Of a DNA stretch of 64,000 nt, positions 60,373 through 64,000 are shown in pieces. The position numbers and the translations under genes were made by a program. The notes beneath the pieces are model-generated. The model did not search any database, was not told the origin of the DNA, and was given only the letters and a program-made list of their open reading frames with translations. This stretch comes from an uncultured Acidobacteriota bacterium (lineage in GTDB: Bacteria > Acidobacteriota > Vicinamibacteria > Fen-336). How positions within the stretch are numbered: the first letter of the stretch is position 1; each line of letters opens with the position of its first letter. The DNA lies in the NCBI GenBank assembly GCA_963720545.1, contig OY970399.1, forward strand, positions 3,808,001 to 3,872,000, in the 5' to 3' direction.

Positions 60373-61959
60373 TCGGCGCGCACGCGCAGCAGCTCGTTGC
60401 CGCGCGGCCCGAGTGCCAGCGGTTCGACCGTGAACCCGAGCGCGCGTTTCAGGTCGCGAGCTTCGACGGCGCCGCACAAGACCAGCGCCTCGCCGTCGGC
60501 GCGGACCGTTTCGATGACGTCGGCGAACGACGCCGGGCGCACCTTGCCATCGTTATAGAAGTAGCCCGCCATCCACGCGGTGCGCCACGCGTTGTACACC
60601 AGCACCTCGCGCCCGCCGGCGGCGGCGAAGAACGCCTGGCCTGATTCACGCGCCGCGAGAATGGGCGGCGCAGCCAGTGCGGCAAGGACCGTCACGCCGC
60701 AGGCGCCCACACGCAACCCGCGCAGCGCCTGTTCGGGCTGCTGGACGGCGCGCCGTGAGAACGTCCAGCCAGTGACCAGGAGCCAGGCGGCCAGCGGCAG
60801 CACGGTGGGCCAGCGCGGTTCGCCCACGAACCGCAGCCCAGCGGGCAGCAGGGCAGCGGCAGCAGTGCACAGCATCAACGTGACGACCGCCATCGCGCGT
60901 AGACCGAGCCCCGTGCGTGGCCGCGCGCCGCTGACGAGCTCCGCCGCGGCCCGTCCCATGAGGATGGCGAGCGGCGGCAGGCACGGCAGTATGTAGCCGG
61001 GCAGTTTCGATCCGGCGAGGCTGAAGAAGACCAGCGGTGCCACGACCCAGACGACCACGAACAGGTCGATGGCGTTGCGGCGCGGGTGCGTGAAGCCGAT
61101 GGTTGGGAGCAGCAGCCCGGTCCACGGCAGCAGGCCGGCCGCCAGCACGATGACGTAGTAGAGCGGTCCGCCGGGATGGCGGTGGATCTCGGATGTGAAG
61201 CGCTCGAGGTTGTGGTTGAGCAGGAACACGTCCACGAAGTGGCGGCCCTGGTCGCGAAGGATGGCCGCGTACCACGGTGCTGCAACCACCAGCAGTGCGG
61301 CGATCCCTGACAACGGAGAGCGAGCGCCGCAGCGGCGTGGCGCTGCGAACGAACAGCGAGTAACTGCCCACCACCAGCACGGGGATGAGCAGGCCGAGGG
61401 GACCCTTCGCGAGCGTTGCAAGCCCGATGGCGACGCCTGCCGCAACCAACGCACCACGGCCAGCGGCGCCAAGCACCCGCAGTGCGATGAAACCCACGCC
61501 GAGCGTCACCGTCGCCGCGAGCAGCATGTCCATCGACGCAGCGTGCGCGTAAGCGAAATAGAGCAGGCCAGTCGCCAGGACGAAGCCAGCGTGTAATCCC
61601 GCCGCCGCGCCGTAGAGGCGCGCGCCGAAGAGGGCGGTGGCGCCAACGAGGAGCACCGCCGCCAGCACCGACGGCAGGCGGAACGCGATCTCGCGTTCGC
61701 CGAAGAGCCGTGTCGCGGCGCCGGCGAGCCAGTAGAAGAGGGGAGGCTTTTCGAGCCACGGCTCGCCCTGCAGAGTCGGGGTCACCCATTCCGAGGCGCG
61801 CTGCATCTCGATCGCAACGCGCGAGTAGCGCGGCTCGTCGGGCCCGATGAGCGGCAGCCGCCCCAGCGACACGCTGAAGATCGCGAGCGCCAGCGCCAGC
61901 AGCAGCGCGGTGCCGACCGGGGGAAGCGCGTCGCCGGCGGGCGCCGAAGTTGGTGGCAT
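60369..61959 (-). CDS. ArnT/GT39-GT83-like membrane glycosyltransferase, frameshifted near 61310-61325
   Basis: PDEPRY, EKPPLFYW, FRLPS, SMDM, LAKGP in one frame; APWY, HNLERF, LLPW, SKLPGYILP in another. Confidence 0.88.
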
Positions 61960-61989
61960 GGGAGCGCCAGCCTACAATCCGGGCTTTCC

Positions 61990-62829
61990 ATGGGGCAACA
62001 AAGCGCGCACGAGCGCTCGCGCAGCATCGCCGCTGAAGCCGTGCTGGCAGCCGGCGTCATCCAGAAGGCGAAGTACGGCACCGACTTCGCGGTGGCGCAG
62101 AAGGGCGAGATCGACCTCGTCACCGAAGTCGACAAGGAGTGCGAAACCGCGATCGTCCGCCTGCTGCGCGCGCGCATGCCCGACTCGGACATCGTCACCG
62201 AGGAGACCGACATCCCGCGCACCGGGAAGTCGCGCGTCTGGTTCGTCGATCCACTCGACGGCACCACCAACTTCGCGCACGGCTACCCGTGTTTCTGCGC
62301 TTCGGTGGCGCTCGCCCAGGACGGCGTCGTGGTCGCGGGCGCCGTCTACGATCCACTCGGCCAGCAGCTGTTCACCGCAGGCCGGGGCGGCGGCGCCACC
62401 CGCAACGGCCACCCGATGCGCGTCTCGCAGAAGGCGCGCATTGCCGACGCCCTGCTCGTCACCGGCTTCCCCTACGACGTCCACCAGCACCTCGCCGCGC
62501 GCATGCGCATCTTCAACCGCCTCGTCGGCAAGGCGCGCGGCATGCGCCGCGACGGCGCGGCGGCCCTCGACCTCAGCTTTCTCGCCGCCGGCCGCGTCGA
62601 TGCTTTCTGGGAGGAGAACCTCAAGCCGTGGGATGTCCTCGCCGGCGGCCTGATGGTTGAAGAAGCCGGCGGCCGCATCACGCGCTTCGACGGTTCGCCC
62701 CTGGGACTCGACGGGTCCGAGACGCTCGCATCGAACGGCATCCTGCACGGCGCGATGATGGACGAGATCCGTTCCGACCGCGCCGAAGCAGCCCGCGAAC
62801 AGGCGTTCGAGACCAGCGGCTTGATGTAG
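61990..62829 (+). CDS. suhB: Inositol monophosphatase
   Basis: DLVTEVD, TEE, WFVDPLDGTTNFAHG, TGFPY, KPWDVLAG. Confidence 0.92.
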   Translation: MGQQSAHERSRSIAAEAVLAAGVIQKAKYGTDFAVAQKGEIDLVTEVDKECETAIVRLLRARMPDSDIVTEETDIPRTGKSRVWFVDPLDGTTNFAHGYPCFCASVALAQDGVVVAGAVYDPLGQQLFTAGRGGGATRNGHPMRVSQKARIADALLVTGFPYDVHQHLAARMRIFNRLVGKARGMRRDGAAALDLSFLAAGRVDAFWEENLKPWDVLAGGLMVEEAGGRITRFDGSPLGLDGSETLASNGILHGAMMDEIRSDRAEAAREQAFETSGLM

Positions 62830-62851
62830 CCTCGCCGGCAACAATCACGCT

Positions 62852-62940
62852 GCCGGGGTGGCGAAGCTGGTAAACGCGCGGGACTTAAAATCCTGTGCCG
62901 CGAAAGCGGTTTGTGGGTTCAACTCCCACCCCCGGCACCA
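62852..62940 (+). tRNA. tRNA-Leu(TAA)
   Basis: GCCGGGGTGGCGAAGCTGGTAAACGCGCGGGACTTAAAATCCTG...long variable arm...GGGTTCAACTCCCACCCCCGGCACCA; 89 nt. Confidence 0.95.
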
Positions 62941-62957
62941 CTTACGGCAATTCCGCC

Positions 62958-64000
62958 TCAATCGGTTAACTGCGTTTTTCCCGCTGCCGCACTATCCGCT
63001 TTAAGCAGGGCCGCCGCGTCTAGCTCCACCTGAGTCGCCGCAATCTCCGTGGCTATCGCGGCCGCCTCAACTGCTCCGACTCCGTCTGCCCTGGCCTGAT
63101 ACTCGGCCTCACCGCGCCGATCGCGCTTCTTCAGCGAAGGATCGTCGGCCACATCACCAGGCAGTTCGACTCTTAGTTCCTCGACAATCATCCGGACCCC
63201 CGAGGCGACAGGCAGGGCCAACAAAGCACCGAGGATTCCCAGTAACTTGCCCCCAACGACCAAGGCGATGATCACGACGGCTGAGGGGAGACGCAGCGCG
63301 TTGCCGTAAATGCGCGGGACCAGAAATCGATTTTCAAACTCCTGATAGAGGAGCAGCACAGCCAGCACCACCAGTGCCACCGTCGGGCCATGTACCAACG
63401 CGGATAGGACGGCCGGCCCCGCTGCTAACGCGCCCCCGATGTAAGGCAACACATCCGCAACGCCAGCAAAAACCGCGAGCGGAAGCGCATTGGGGACGTG
63501 TGCGACCCGCAGCACGACGAACGTAAAGGCTGCCATGAGGAGCGACGTGATCATCTGCCCACGCATGTACCCGCCCACGATCGTTTCCAGACCCAGCAAA
63601 ACCCGTGAGAGCCGCACATGGTAAGTGCGGGGAACCAAGGCGAACAGACCACCCCGCATGCGATCGCGATCAATCAACAGATAGAGCGCGAAAAAGGCGG
63701 CAGTAACAGCGCCGCCGACTATCTCGAGGATCTGCGGCGAGTACGTCAATGCGGCTCGGGCACCATTCGACAGAACTTCTGTCACGCGCATGCTTCGAAC
63801 AGCCTGCGCGAGTGGTGCTGACCAACGGTGACTCTCGAGATAGGCAGTCAATGCTGCCTGCGCCTTCGGAAGTTGAACCAGGATGTCCGATAGCTGAGAA
63901 AGAAGGCGCGGAATCGTTATGGCGATTATGAGGAGAGATGCCAGAGCCACGCCGCCAAAAACGATGGCAATCCCGAAGCCACGTGGAATCTGCCGACGCT
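62958..64000 (-). CDS. AI-2E (PerM) family transporter, 5' end beyond the window
   Basis: GGYMRGQ, LPYIG, YQEFENRFLVPRIYG, GALLALP. Confidence 0.88.
   Translation of the reverse strand, partial: RRQIPRGFGIAIVFGGVALASLLIIAITIPRLLSQLSDILVQLPKAQAALTAYLESHRWSAPLAQAVRSMRVTEVLSNGARAALTYSPQILEIVGGAVTAAFFALYLLIDRDRMRGGLFALVPRTYHVRLSRVLLGLETIVGGYMRGQMITSLLMAAFTFVVLRVAHVPNALPLAVFAGVADVLPYIGGALAAGPAVLSALVHGPTVALVVLAVLLLYQEFENRFLVPRIYGNALRLPSAVVIIALVVGGKLLGILGALLALPVASGVRMIVEELRVELPGDVADDPSLKKRDRRGEAEYQARADGVGAVEAAAIATEIAATQVELDAAALLKADSAAAGKTQLTD

Overview
High-GC bacterial DNA. The RecA N-terminus, a small 'MARGFDSKSVESQ' protein and the gene content suggest Acidobacteriota (Vicinamibacteria-like); this is an inference only. 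Positions 1-30138 hold the 3' part of a large cis-AT type I PKS/NRPS cluster: four single-module PKS genes (three with embedded methyltransferases), a two-module NRPS predicted to load Ser then Gly with no thioesterase, an EamA/DMT transporter and a convergent pair of atypical alpha/beta-hydrolases. Positions 30417-38215, next to the 3' end of tRNA-Phe, form an accessory block: MscS, a Rad50/RloC-like zinc-hook ABC ATPase coupled to a small HEPN-like protein (candidate defence system), a sucrose-phosphate synthase/phosphatase fusion and a GH32 with altered motifs. The rest is mostly housekeeping (pxpBCA, peptidases, recA, hbd, thiolase, DUF721, maf, aroK/aroA, ArnT-like, suhB, tRNA-Leu). It is interrupted at 53558-55089 by a cassette with long composite inverted repeats that encloses an RluA-like gene lacking the catalytic Asp and a truncated GIY-YIG nuclease. 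Apparent frameshifts in recA, aroA and the ArnT-like gene are probably sequencing or assembly indels. All calls come from motif reading, not database searches.
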